Positions 1 through 13,600 of a DNA stretch of 64,000 nt are shown in pieces (the first letter of the stretch is position 1; every line of letters begins with the position of its first letter). The stretch is from positions 2,324 through 66,323 of the forward strand of contig JAAEQW010000120.1 of assembly GCA_024231025.1 (NCBI GenBank), given 5' to 3'. Both the position numbers and the translations under genes were made by a program. The notes below the pieces were generated by a model that saw nothing but the letters and a program-made list of their open reading frames with translations, made no database searches and was not told where the DNA came from. The DNA is from Candidatus Omnitrophota bacterium (GTDB lineage Bacteria; Omnitrophota; Gorgyraeia; Duberdicusellales; 4484-171).

Positions 1-477
1 ATGAATGTTATGCTCAGCCATGCTCTCTATAAAGCAAACTTTAACAAAGAAGGCCACAAAGTAATAAACTCTATATATAAAATGGCAATAAACGAAAAAG
101 GGCAAATATACCCTACTCTTCCTGAATATTTTAACGGACAAGGCAAGGGGTTGTATCTTTATCTTACCGGATCAGCAAGTTGGTACATCTATACGTTACT
201 TGAAGAAGTGTTAGGCGTTAAATCTAATTTGGGTGATCTTGTTATTGAGCCAAAACTCGGTCCCTGGAATTTTACAACAAGGCAGATAAACACAAGTCTT
301 AATCTAAACGGCAAAAATATAGAAATAACTTTCATTGCTAAGAAAAAAGGAACTTGTGCTTATAAAATTGATAGCGTGGTCTTAAATGAACAGGAAATGA
401 TTTCAGCAAATAATAAATGCCTTATTGAGCAACAGGCATTAACTAAACACTCTCAAATTAAGATTTATCTTCACTAA
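1..477 (+). CDS. 3' fragment (C-terminal 158 aa) of a GH94-like glycoside phosphorylase / (alpha/alpha)6-barrel glycosidase; the 5' end lies outside the window
   Basis: The ORF is open from the window edge to TAA at 475-477. The motif LTGSASWYIYTLLEEVLGV resembles the conserved TGSxSWxY...ILG(I/V) segment near the C-terminus of cellobiose/chitobiose phosphorylase (GH94) family proteins. The family call rests on recalled motifs, not on a search. Confidence 0.45.
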   Translation: MNVMLSHALYKANFNKEGHKVINSIYKMAINEKGQIYPTLPEYFNGQGKGLYLYLTGSASWYIYTLLEEVLGVKSNLGDLVIEPKLGPWNFTTRQINTSLNLNGKNIEITFIAKKKGTCAYKIDSVVLNEQEMISANNKCLIEQQALTKHSQIKIYLH

Positions 478-534
478 CCCTGCATCGCGTAGACACAGAT
501 AAGTTTAAGTGAAACAAGAAAGACCTGACCCCTT

Positions 535-756
535 TTATACTTGCTCAACGCTTTTGATTTCGGGGATTGCTTCTTTTAATCTTTTCTCGATTCCCATCTT
601 TAGAGTATATGTGCTCATTGGGCATCCGCCGCAAGCGCCAGTCAAGCGAACTTTAACTATGCCGTCATCGCTAACGTCTACTAGCTCTACGTCTCCGCCA
701 TCGGCTTGCAGCATCGGTCTAACTTCCTCTAATGTCTTTTCTACTCTTTCACGCAT
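535..756 (-). CDS. NifU-like / Nfu-type Fe-S cluster assembly protein (73 aa)
   Basis: Carries the diagnostic CGGCPMS motif ([16 protein letters not shown]) of the NifU C-terminal/Nfu domain. A strong RBS AGGAGGTG lies 4-5 nt upstream of the ATG (rc of 761-768). The plus-strand ORF 509-775 is its shadow. Confidence 0.85.
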   Translation of the reverse strand: MRERVEKTLEEVRPMLQADGGDVELVDVSDDGIVKVRLTGACGGCPMSTYTLKMGIEKRLKEAIPEIKSVEQV

Positions 757-950
757 GATTCACCTCCTGGTATAATTTTATTTATTGTCAAAATTTCCAA
801 ATTCCAAACATCAAATTACAATAACCAAATACCCAATCTCTCAAACAGTTTCGGTCATTTAGTAATTTGTAATTGGACATTGTTTGCGATTTATAATTTG
901 TGATTTTTCATAATATCTACTGCCTCTAAATTTAACCCTTTATTTAGCTA

Positions 951-980
951 TTGTCAAGAAACTTACCAATCTGGTACAAT
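951..980 (+). promoter_or_regulatory. sigma70-like promoter for the CinA-like gene (-35 TTGTCA 951-956, 18-nt spacer, -10 TACAAT 975-980)
   Basis: Hexamers read directly from the sequence. The -10 ends 7 nt before the ATG at 988 and no Shine-Dalgarno is present (agcctatATG), which implies a leaderless or near-leaderless transcript. Confidence 0.4.
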
Positions 981-987
981 AGCCTAT

Positions 988-1461
988 ATGGATAAGATAA
1001 AAGAGCTGGTGAAAACTTTTCAAAAAAAGAAACTTACTCTATCTGTGGCTGAAAGCTGCTCCGGAGGGTATGTGTCTTATTTGTTAACAAAAGTTTCGGG
1101 GAGTTCTGATTTTTTCAAAGGTGGAGTTATTGTTTACTCGCTGGAGTCTAAAAATAAGTTCTTTAAAATACCCTTTGCTCTATTAAGAAAAACTCAAGGT
1201 GTGTCCGATGAGGTTGCGTCTCTTTTGGCAAAACGAGTCAAGGGACTGCTTAACTCTGATATGGGAGCATCAATCGTTGGTTTTGCCGGACCCAAAGGCC
1301 AAAAAGTTGGCACTATCTATTTATCTGTGAGTTACAAAAAAACAGTAACTAAAAAACTCACGCTTAAAGGCGGTCGAGATTTAATAAGAAAACAAGCCAG
1401 TAGCGCACTAATTAACTTGATCCTGGGAGAAATAAAAAATGCTGACCTTCCTCACCGATAA
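988..1461 (+). CDS. CinA C-terminal domain protein / NMN amidohydrolase PncC-like (157 aa)
   Basis: The LSVAESCSGG motif matches the conserved AESCTGG signature of CinA_C/PncC, and the length is typical of stand-alone CinA_C proteins. Confidence 0.85.
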   Translation: MDKIKELVKTFQKKKLTLSVAESCSGGYVSYLLTKVSGSSDFFKGGVIVYSLESKNKFFKIPFALLRKTQGVSDEVASLLAKRVKGLLNSDMGASIVGFAGPKGQKVGTIYLSVSYKKTVTKKLTLKGGRDLIRKQASSALINLILGEIKNADLPHR

Positions 1462-1661
1462 AAAAATCCAACATAAATCATAAAAATTCCCGCAACAAAA
1501 TAAAATATACCTGTAGCCAAGCGATGGCTTTGCAATGTAGCTGAAATATCAATGACTACCTCTCTGCCCATTGCATCCAAGTAAGCGATAAAGTTGGGGA
1601 AAAAAATGAAAAACACAGCGAAAATTAAAGCAACTACTCCAATTATTCCAATGATAAACAT
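1452..1661 (-). CDS. small integral membrane protein (~69 aa, two predicted TM helices), hypothetical
   Basis: ORF on the minus strand. The internal ATG at 1661 is preceded by GGAGGGAGT (rc of 1662-1670), which lies inside the last codons of the giant gene (stop at 1672-1674). Hydrophobic segments are MFIIGIIGVVALIFAVFFIFF and IFYFVAGIFMIYVGFF. The longer track start at 1721 has no RBS. Confidence 0.4.
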   Translation of the reverse strand: MFIIGIIGVVALIFAVFFIFFPNFIAYLDAMGREVVIDISATLQSHRLATGIFYFVAGIFMIYVGFFYR

Positions 1662-1671
1662 ACTCCCTCCT

Positions 1672-4600
1672 TTATTGAACGGTGATTGTTGGAGAATCGC
1701 CGCTGATTGCTCCATCATCAACCGTTATGGTTACTGTTTGTCCAATGAGCGCGCCAACTGGAATTACAAATTGAAATGCTCCTTCAGCACTACCCATATC
1801 AACCGTTGCATCATCTATGCCGGTAACTGTTCCGCCAAAAGTTACATCGCTTGAATCACTAGGCACTGCGGTCCTGTTTACCGCGTTAGTTCCTGACAAA
1901 TAGCCACAAGCGTTTTTATGGTAAACCACAACTGAAACCGTCTCCCCTGCTAGAGGGGTTAACGTTGCCGGCTGAACTTCATACCAATCCTGACCAGAAA
2001 TCGCCCCGCCTTGATAATCAACAGAAGGCACATCACCGCTAACAGTTGTCATGCCACTAATGTAATTATTGTCCTTGTCTTTAATCCCACCGGTACCGTT
2101 ATCGTCTCCTCTAACATCTAAGTTAAAAGTTCCACCTAAGGTTAACGGGTTAGAAAGGTGCAGCGTTACGTTGTCTTCATACCAACAAACGGTATGGATA
2201 TCGCCTATGCCATTGTAATTATCTTTGTTTTGCGCGTTATCCGAATCGATATCCTCATCAAAGTAAACATGAACGAGGTATGGTGTTTCAGCCACTGCTT
2301 CTAAAACTTCCGGCGGATTAGTATCGCTTGATTGAAAACTAACTGTTATTTCAGCGCTTTTGATTGTTGCATCACCTGCATCCTCTAATTGGAATTTTAC
2401 ATTTTCAACTTGAGAATTTTCTAAAGCAAATTCGCCTATTCCATCAACGAAAGTGATTGAACTAGGGTCAACATAGCTACTGGAATCGTTTGTACTTTCC
2501 GAAAGAATGTTAACGTTCACCGTAGCGTTGTACCCACCAAGCCTTACCCCTGAGGCATCATTACCAGAGTAAGCAGTAAACCTTATCCTTGTTCCGGCTA
2601 CTTGATAACCACTGCTAAACGAAGCGCCAGAATAAACATAAAGTTTATCGACACCTAAAAAGTTAACATTTTCGGCAACATCACCTACGCCACTGACCGA
2701 GAATATAATATTCACTTCTTCCGCTTCGCTGTTTTCTAAGGTGAGTAATATTTCCCCGTTATCTCCACCGGCACCAGTAAATGAATAACTCCCCGCCACA
2801 ACACTACCACCTTTCCTTAAAACCGCACTGCCATTACTATTTTCCTCGCTTACGGTAATGTTTACTATACCGGCATAATCGGTAACAAGATTGCCTTGAT
2901 TATCAATTGCGCTTAGCCAAATTTGACCCTGTTGGTTGGTGCTAACTGCACCTGGCCCCTGACTAACAAGAGCATCAATAGCCGCACCGGTAACAGAAGT
3001 AAGGGCAACATTTAAAGTTCTCTCAGCTGAAGCATTGGTTCCCACCTCAACACTTACTGTAATTGTTTCTGGCTCAAGAGAATCCACGGTAAAATATCCC
3101 ACTCCATTAAACATCGCAACCTCACCTACACCACCGGTCATTCTGTCTCTCACCGAAAGAAGCCAGCTATTTTGCATACGACTAGAGCTTTCAATTACAT
3201 CAACAATAATTGAATCAGCAAAATTAGTTGCGACTATTGTTTCACCTGCATTCTGCCAAGCCGTAAGTTTAACCATTACCGGATCACCCACCGAAGAAGA
3301 AGCTGATCCTACTGCTGTAATGCCGACATGATCAACTCCAGTTGCTGGTGGAGTTTTTGCTGTTAAAATATACGCGTTGGTGTCCTGATTCGGTACTGAA
3401 TCTTCGGCTCTTACCCGAAAATGATATTCGGTATTTGCACTTAAGCCAGTAATGCCATAAGTGCACTCATTATCACTGGCACAATTAACATTAGCTTTGG
3501 TTAAATCAGCTACCGTTGTACCAAGGCTTGAAGTTTCGCCATAGTCAATGTCATAAAGAATCGTTGCATCACTGTCTGTGGCTGCATTCCACTCTAGAGT
3601 AATCGTACCAGCCGCACCAGGAGCATAAGCATGTTTTACACCGGCAAATGTAGGCGCAGCTGTATCTACGGGTAAGGCTCGTGCTGTTTCGCTTGCCTGA
3701 ACTACTCCGTTATCTTCAACGTCTTCGTCATCCGCTGAACGCACCAGAAAATCATAAGTTGTACTAGCCGTCAAACCAGAAACTTGATAAAAGCGCTGAG
3801 CCGTAATTGCATCTGGTGAACTAAAATCAAATGCTCCAGGCGATGCTACCCAATACACATTATAGTGATCAGTAGCCGCATTAGGGTCGCTCCAAACAAG
3901 ATCAACTGTTCCACCGGTACCAGCTATCGGAGTCAAAGAGGTAATCCCCTGGCGGTTTACAGCTATCTGAATTTGCATGCTGTCATAGGCTTCATCATTA
4001 TCGCGGGAACCGTTGCTATTGGTATCATTGTAAAAAATAAGACCGCCTTGATAGGTAACTGCTGATGCTTGCCCGGCTAAAACGGTAACTGCTATTTGAC
4101 GAGTATCGCTAGACTGCCCATCTAAACTAAAAGGCGAAAAATTATTGCTAATGCTGCTACCCGGCATTGCAAACGGCCCAGCGATTAAATCAGTGGCGTC
4201 AATATTAATTTGCATCGTGCTGTCGCTATTATTTTCTATGGTGATATTAACCCCCACCGACGTCTGGTTAGGATCAGCTCCGCCAAGATCAAGTGATTCT
4301 TCCTGAATATTTAAATCTATTCCTGCAGAGCCTGAAGAGCTTACCCCCAATATGATGACAATACCATCAAAAGGTTCACCATCATCGAAAAGTCCATTAC
4401 CGTTAAGATCGCCGTATACTCTCGCGCCTCCTGTGTAAGCGCCTGAAGGTTGGCTAGAAGGCACGCTTACCGTGATCGCTCGGCTAACTGATCCACTCCA
4501 AGGTTCTATGCTGATTGGAACAAATGTTATGTTGTTACTGCTAATCGTATTTACCCCTGAGATAAGATTACTAGGCTCAATTCTCACGACAATTGTTTGC

Positions 4601-7600
4601 GCCATATTATTCATGATGTTGACATTACGCTCAGCGCTAGCGCCGGCATCAACCGTCGCATAATTAAGTGACGCTTCGCCAACCTCTAGATCTCTGTGAC
4701 CTCCACCGCCGGCGGAGCTGACAAAAAGATGAAAGCCAATAGTTTCAAGCGGCTCATCAGTATCTAAGCTACCATTAGAATTAGTATCATTAAACATTGA
4801 CACCATTGTCCCGTACTCTCCGTCAACCGCATTATCAGGAATTACTACCCGCAAACGCCCTATATCGCTGGCACCAACAGCCAAAGAAGAAGGAATGTCA
4901 GCCTCGACGTTAAACCCTGCTACAGCCTCGAAAGATCCCTCACCAGGACCAGTAAACTTATAGAGCTGAATCGTAGTGGTAATAATATTATTTAGAGCTG
5001 TAGTAGCGGTATTCTGTAATGTAAATTCACCCCAAGAAGTGGTTGACCCTGGAGCATAATTCATAAAATCTAAGCCACCATCCCCAGAAATATCTAATCC
5101 TTCGGCACCGAAAAACAAAAAGATTTGCACATTTTCCCAATATTCATCATCATCTCTTATGCCATCATCGTCTTCATCATCATAAAAAGTAATCTCACCG
5201 ACATACTCTCCGGGAGTAACTCCGGTAGAAGGAATGCTAACGCTAGTTGAAATATCAAGCGAACTATTGGCCGCAACAGCATAAGGAGACGCTGGACTAA
5301 GATTAATATTGGAGCTATCAATTTGAGTTATCATATCAGTTGTATTACTCAAATAAGATGATAGTTCAACTTTTATATTAGCTTGGTGTGACGAAAGATT
5401 TTGTAGCGTAATCGTTTTGGTTTCGGTATCTTGACCAACCACAATTTCTTCAAAGTCGAGTTCCGGAGGATGATGAGCACTATCGGATGTTGTAATGTTT
5501 ATGCTCCCTCCAGATGCACCACCAGTTGCGAATGCCTCAACCTCACGAGGAGAATAACTGCTTTCGCTACCATCATTCATTGTGCAAGTCACTGTAATGT
5601 AATAAGGAACACCGGATTGCAAACCACCAATTGTTGTCCGAGTGATTGACGGATCACTGACTATTACAAAATCAGGATAGGTTCTGGAAGAACGACCATA
5701 ATAAATCTTGTACCCATCTACTCCGGAGACATAATCCCAACGAACTATTATTTCGCCAAAATTATAAGTCTGCTCAGTCCAAATGTTATTAGGATAAGGA
5801 ATGTTCGTTCCGGTAAGTTCAAGAAATTCCTCTAAAGTAGTATAACCAAGACCGCCATTAGCATCATAGGCCTTTATTACTGCATAATAAATTTGTCCAT
5901 CGGTAAGATCTGTTAACTGATGCTCTGTGACTTGTCCTACATTTTTGGGTGAGCCTTCACCATTGTAATTGCCCGGTGCCGTGCCATACCATATTTCATA
6001 GTAACTTGCCCAATCAATATAATCCCAACTTACATCCAACGTTCCAGAACCAGCTGAAGCAAGATACGCTTTTGCTTGGAGCATATTGCCAAAATAAATA
6101 TCTCCTAACAACATTCCACGATCATCCTCAGCAGCAATCCGATCTACTGGTTGATAAACCTCATTGGCTGAAATTGTTGTTTCATAAACTGATAGCCCAG
6201 GACCTTGAGGAAACCAAAATTCTCTTCGCTGTCCATCACTAAATTCTAAAACACACTTCGGTGTAAAATAAACTGGACTTGGAAACTCAAAACGCACGCC
6301 TAAATCCTGACCACCAATCGGCGGATCAGGATTAACCATAATATGGACTCCTTGGCTATAGGGACCTCCACTAAAAGGTCTATCGCCCAAGAAACCGCCC
6401 TTATCGTCAAAAGCAGCAATTCGACTGATTGGCGCATTTATTTCACTAGCTGCCACATAAATATCATAAGATGATCGCCCTTCTTCTCCGGTATAAAAAA
6501 ATCGCTTTGCTGTGCCATTATCAAATTCAACTTCAATTTGAGGCTTGAAAAATTCCGACTGAGAAAACTCCAATCTTACATTCAGATCAGCAAACACCAC
6601 CGGCGGATCAGGCATAACCATAATGTTGACACCGTCAGACCCACTATGACTCAATAAAAAATCACCAAGAAACATTCCCCGGTCATCTTCTATTACTACT
6701 CTATGTAAAGGGCCGACCATCTCAGAAGAAGGAATTGTTGCTTCATACATAGAAAGACCAACACCTTGAGGAAACGACAACGCTCTTCGCTGGCCGTCTG
6801 TAAACTCTAAGATTAATTTCGGTACAAAATAAATTGGACTCGGAAAAGACGTTTTTATAATTAAATCCTGCCCGGCAATTGGCGGATTAGGCATAATATC
6901 AATCATTGGGCCACCAACATTCATTGAACCGAATAAGCGTTCGGCAATTAGCGTTCCTTGCTCATCTTTAATTGCTATTCGTTCAATATTTTTGGTTATT
7001 TCCCCACCCGGAATAACCCGCTGATAAATAGTGTCACCAACATCTTGAGGGAATCCATACCCCGTATAACTGCCATCACTGTATTCCACAACTATAATCG
7101 GATGATAATAAGCTGCACTCTCAAGTTCTACCCTAAGATTTAAATCCTGATACGGCATTGGTGGATCAGGATTAACAGTAATCATACCTCCCGTTGGGGC
7201 AGGACCTGACATCTCTAAATTGTCTCTTACTACGCCATAAGGATCCAACAAATCAATACCCACCAAAGGCTTAGTTAAAGGATCAATAAAATCATGAAAT
7301 CTGCTACCCGGTAAATCGCCTTGCATTGTTATTTCTTCAACTACTCCATCCATATAGCGATAACGCAATCTCATTGCCAACGGAGAAACCAACGGAATCT
7401 CTGCGTTAACATCCAACCGCTGACCAACGATCGGCGGATAAGGATTAACTACCAGCCCTTGACCGTCAAAGTTTGTCTGCGCGCCAAACATCCGATCACC
7501 AAGATGCATTCCACCCTCGTCTTCAACATCAATAATTAGCAAGTTCGCATTAAAACGATCCGCACTAAGCATCGCCTTGTATTCTCGCCCCTGACCGGTA

Positions 7601-10600
7601 ACATTCAAAAATTCACGCGCGCCATTGTCGAGACCCGCCACTATTTTCGGCGTGAAGTAAGGCTCATAGTCAAAATGTACAACAATTTCTAAATTACTTC
7701 CGAGTTGCGGCGGATCAGGTATAACATCAATTAGAATTCCCCCCATCATTGGACCACCGGAGCCAAAGAAACGATCGCCTAAGAACATTCCTTTATCGTC
7801 TTGAACTTCAATGCGATGAATCGGACGACGAATATCGGAAGCCGGCAAAGACGTTTCATATCTAGTCTTGCCAGGTGCTTCATGTTGCATATAAATCGGA
7901 AATCTTCCTCCATCATTAAATTCTAGTTCGATTTTTGGCACAAAATAAACTGGACTTGGAAACTCAATTTTTATGTTTAACGGCTGATTTGCAATTGGCG
8001 GATCAGGCATAACATTAATATTTGCCGCAGCACTCATCATTGAACCAGTCGAAAATATTCTATCAACAATAAACATACCTCCACGATCATCTTCAATTGC
8101 TATTCGGTGTAGCGGCCGCATATTTTCAGCGGCTACCACATTTAACTCATACAATCTTGCCCCTGACTCCTGGGAGAACCAAAAATCTTTACGCGTTCCG
8201 TCTTCAAATTCTAAAACTGCTTTAGGCTTGAAATAAACAGGTTCTGGAAACTCAACTTTTATACCTAAATCCTGATGCGGCATTGGCGGATCAGGATTAA
8301 CGATTAAGTTGGCCCCCATTGCGCTACTTGAGCCACCGCCACCAACAAAACGATCAGCAATATGCATACCTCGATCGTCTTCGATAACAACACGCTGCAG
8401 CGGCTCAATAATTTCAACACCACGTAAGGTTATGTAGTAGGCATTATTGCCCGGAGACTGCGGAAAAATTTTCCCATTTCTTGCACCGGATGAAAACTCT
8501 AAAACCACTTTTGGCGTAAATTGAACCGGATAAGGAAAATCAACATGCACAGTCAAGTCCTGGTGCGGCACTGGCATATCCGGTGTCAATTTTATATCGG
8601 CACCATCTACTGGACCAGCGCCAGTGCCAAAAAATCTTTCAGCTAAAATTAATCCGGTTTCATTCTCAACCACCACTCGCTGCAAGTCTTCCTGCATTTG
8701 ATAGGCCGAGGCACTAAACTTATAAACAAATAATCCCGGCTCCTGAGGAAACCTAAATTCTTGACGCGCACCGCTAACAGATTCTAAAATCAATTTGGGT
8801 GTAGTTGGTAGTGGATAAGGGAACTCTACCCTTATCCCCAAAGGTTGATTACGACGCGGCGGATCAGGCATAGTCATAATATTTCCTGTGCCCATTACCG
8901 GTCCTCCTCCAAATGGCTGATCGATTAAAAACATTCCCCGGTCATCCTCAATTACCGCTCGACGAAGCGCACCTTTTATTTGACTACCGTCAATATTCAT
9001 GTAAAAAGTATTTACATTTTTTTGTGGAAAAACAAACTCTTCTCTTCGGCCATCATCATACTCTAGAAATAACTTAACCGCAAAATTAACCATATTAACA
9101 AATTCCAAATTAACATTTATACTGTCTCCGGGAAAAGGATTATGCGGAGTAACTCTAAAATCTCTTACCATTGTTTGCTGAGTTTGATGCATAAATCCGA
9201 CGCTATGCCTTACTGTGCCAAACGGATCAAGTAAATCCAACCCTACCGCTGCTTTCTCTAATTGTCCAATGTGAGCATTAAATCTTCTGCCCGGTAAGCG
9301 TCCATCAAAGGCGTACTCCTTACTGGAACCATCACTATAGATTATGCGCGCTTTTGGCGCTTGTGGAATTAACATTGGAAGCGTAAGCTCTATATCGAGC
9401 GGCTGCCCTTCTATCGGAGGATCAGGCATAATTCTTAAATCAGGTCCGCCGAAATCAGCCCCGCCACCGGATCCACCAAAGAAACGATTACCAATTGGTC
9501 GACCCCGATCATCCTGAACATCAATTGAAACAAGACTTGATTTAACTTTGCTGCCAGGAATAATTACCTTAAAATCTCTCTTTTCGCCAGCAGCAACTAA
9601 AAACTCTCCGTAACCTTCAAATTGCACGCTAACCTGAGGAACAAATGGAATATCCTGCATAAAATGTAAATAAATTTCAAGATCCTTACCAATTTCGCCA
9701 GCGGGTTCAGGATTTATTCCTATGTCTACGCCTCTAGCAACAAACTCTTCTAAATAAGCTACGATTTCTCTGCTTTCGCTAAGCATCTTTCCCTGACCCA
9801 AAGCAAAAACTTTAATAAAATTTGGTACTCCTTTTGGCAAATTAGTAAGCATATAACTTTTTTCAGAAGTTTCCATTGAATTTGCATATCCTCCGGGAGA
9901 ATTACCCCAACTAACGCGATAGCTGTCAGCTCCAGGATAATCACCCCAAATAAGACTAACTGAATCCGGCATTATAATGTCTTGGACATGCAATTCTCTA
10001 CGTAATTGACCGCACACCGATGAGACAATTGGCGAGCGCATAATTTCCTGTTTTCTGGAGTCATAGGCAATAATTTCAAAAGAATATCTTCGGCCCTGCA
10101 TTAATCCCCTTAATTGATGTCGAGATTGACCGCGAATTTCTATTTTCTCCTTTAGATTTTCTCCTTCACCATAAAGTAGCTCATAGAATGATACCCGCGG
10201 CAACCTTTCCCAAAACAGCTCAAAACCATCATTGCCTTGTGGCTTTACATCCAAATACAAACCGGGCATATTGCTTTCTTGCCCAAAATTAATCATTCTT
10301 TGGGTAAGCAACCGCCCTGTGGGATCAAATACGCTTACCGCAATATTATCCAAAGGCGCATCAACAGGAACAACGAATCTACCCATAAACTCCCGTGAAT
10401 ATGGAGATCCAGCCAGAGGAACATCAACAATCTTTCCTGCAAAATCTAAAGCTAAGCGAGGGACAAAAGGAATCTCATTATTAGCCCTAATCATAAGACT
10501 AGCTGTTTCGCCGCTGATTAAATCAGATGTAAGTTCAATATCAAATTCAAGTGAAACGTGACCACCACCGATAAACTCAACCGGCATGCTTACGAAAATA

Positions 10601-13600
10601 TTTCCCTCTTGATCTGATATCTCAACAGTTTCTAATGGGCTTTCTAACCTAGGCAATGTCGCACTGAACATATCACCAGGAATAGCCCCATAAAGCTTTG
10701 GCTCTTGGGAACCTTGGTCAAAAATAAGTTTCAACCGCGGTCTAAAATTTATTATCCCAGGAGCAACGACTTTCACTGTCAATGGCTGACCAATCATTGG
10801 CGGCATCGGCTCAATCATAATTCTGCCTCCTCCCGCATCAGGGCCATGTTGCTGCGGCCAATAATCGCCAATAATATTGCCACGATCATCGTAAACTTCA
10901 ATCACTGCCTCACGTGTAGGTTCCTCAGGAGCATTAAATTCCCCTTGAAACCTATTGCCAGGAATAGCACCTTTGAGATTGATTTTAATATCTTTTTGAT
11001 CGGAAATAAATTTCGCTTCCGGCTTAAAGAAAAGAGCTGCATCTGACTCCACATTAACAACCACTCTATCTTTTGGTCCAAAATCGCCGCCCTCGATCCA
11101 AACCCTTAATCCTCCTGGGGCCGGACCTCCGGCATCTTCAATAATTTCAGCCATACCGGCACCAACTAAATCTCCTCGATCATTATAAACTTCACCAATA
11201 ACCATTCCTGACGAAGCATAATCAGGTATAACAAAGTTTCCCCGATATGAATTGCCGGCTCCCTGCATAACAACATTGAGTTTTCTTCCATCAGCAAAAG
11301 TTAAAGAAGCCTTAAGCTCTCTCTTTATCGGACGGCGAGAATTTAATTGAATTGTGCCTGCCTGCATTCTTCGCAATACACCAGGCATTATATAAACCTC
11401 GGCCCCGCCACGCGCCCTTAAAGATGGCACAATTCTAGTTGGAAATGTATCCAAAACCATACCTTGGTCATCTTTCACAACAAAAACTCCCATACCACTT
11501 GGAACATCTTGGGCTAACTTCAATTCTACTTCAATGCTATTTAGCGGAGGCTTTTGTTTCACGGGCATATTTAAAACCTTACCGGTATTTAACCGCAGTT
11601 GAAGTTGCGGCACGAAATCGATCGTTTCTGAAAATACTGCTTTCGCATTAAATGACGCCCCGCTTACCAGCGGTGTTGGGTTAGTAGTTAAAAATACATC
11701 TGCTCGGTGCGCGCTCTCTGATTCATCCCAAACACCTATCCGACGCCGCACCTCATCAGGTGTTGCCGGATTAAGTATAAGTTGCGCCATGCCTAAAGGA
11801 ACGTCTTTAGGGCAGGCAAATTTTCCTCTGAACTCCCTGCCGCCTCCTGACAAAGCAACCGCAATTTTTTTACCATTGCTAAAGATAAAATCAAGCTTAG
11901 GGGGCTCTTCTAAATCACCTAAAGTATTTAACACAAATTCAACGCCCTCGCCCCTTGTAATTGGATCGGGCATTACCATCAAAGCATAAAAATCATCCTT
12001 GCGCGAAACTTTGAGCCATTCGCTTGATAAACCAATTTCAAAATAAGCATGATCATTCAATTGTCCGCTTGCGACTTCAACCATGCCCCTGCCAATAGGC
12101 GAATCATTATCGATAACATATTGACCATTATAGACTCTGCCATTTTTATTGAGTGCTAACGCAGCTTTTCTCCCATCAGGAAAACTAATTACCGCATTGA
12201 TATCATCTTCTAATCTCTTCAATGGTTCAATTACAACTGCTAAGGCTGCACCTTGGGCAACATGACGAGGCATATCAATCTTAAAATTTCCAGCACCCTC
12301 TGTAATGAGCAACGGCAATGGAACTTCAATTGCTAAAGGCATTGATTCCAATCCTGCATAATTTTTAGCTTTCAACTTAACTAAAATTACAGCTCCTTTC
12401 TCATGCATTTTACTAAGCTCTAAAAAATCAATAGGTTTGTTATAGGCAAATTTTCCTTCCGCATCCGCCATGATATCAGCAACAACCTCTCCATACTCCA
12501 AGTGAACAACTGCATCAGTTGCCGTTAAACCTCGAATTATGAAATGCTGTGGATTAAACTCTAAAAACTCCAAACTTAATGGCAAATCTGTTTGACGTTG
12601 CGGAGGAACAATGCCGACTATCTTCTCAGAGCTTGTGCCGGGATTACCCGATAGATCTTCTCCTCCGTTTAGTTTAAAAACCACTTCGCCCAACGGCGCA
12701 TCTAATGGGACCTGTATCTTCGATTGAAGCTCGCGTTCATTAACTTTTACCAAGTCAAGCTTTTTACTTTCTCCGGCCGGCATTTGCGCAAAAAGCTCAG
12801 GTGCAATTGCCAAGGCTTCGGAAGAAAAAACTTTAATGTTCGACTCAACGCCTAAGACTAAAGGTGAAGGATCAACTTCAATAGAAAAACTTGGCACAAT
12901 ATTATCTTGAGCAGTTAGTGTAAAGCTAGTTGCACCTTGCGTCTGGCTTGATTTATTACCAGCCTCATCTTGGCCCTGTACTTGGATCTCGACCAATGCC
13001 GGCGACAAGCCTTCGGTATCCATACGAGCAATAAACTGTGCGCCTTCGCCTTCAACGCTAAGACCAATTGTTTTTCCATCAACTACGGCAGTTACCGCTG
13101 GATTACCGGCTACAATATCTAAGCCGTTCGTCTGTGAATCAATACTGTTGATTTCAACATATACTGGATTACCGATAATCGCCGGAAGAGGCTTAACCTC
13201 CAAAACAAAAATTGGCGGCCACATATCAGGTGGTGTTATTTCCTTGGTTACTGAACTACTACTACCTATGTAGTCAGTAGCGGTAACGGTTAACATCCCT
13301 TCGGTGAAAGAAAATTTATGACTAAACTCTCCATTTTTGCCAAAATCAACGTTTACACCATTAATCATTAAAGACGCTAATCCACTTTCGCCATCAACTG
13401 CCTTACCCGAAACAACTACCACCTGTTCGTCTTTTAAGTATTCCAATTCACCCACCTCAAGTAACGGTGGATTATTTTCGAGTTCGACAACAATAATCGT
13501 AGATGTTTGGTAAGGATCATCTGCTTTGACTTCGATTTCCTTTGTGCCAGCAGATAAAACCTGCCTGCTCTCAAAAGCACCATCACTATCTACAGCAACG

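Noticed and set aside
509-775. Plus-strand 88-aa ORF overlapping the NifU-like gene
   Set aside because: It is the antisense shadow of a gene with a diagnostic CGGCPMS motif. No RBS is present.
1594-1854. Plus-strand 86-aa ORF spanning the giant-gene 3' end and the small membrane protein gene
   Set aside because: It is antisense to two better-supported minus-strand genes and has no start context.
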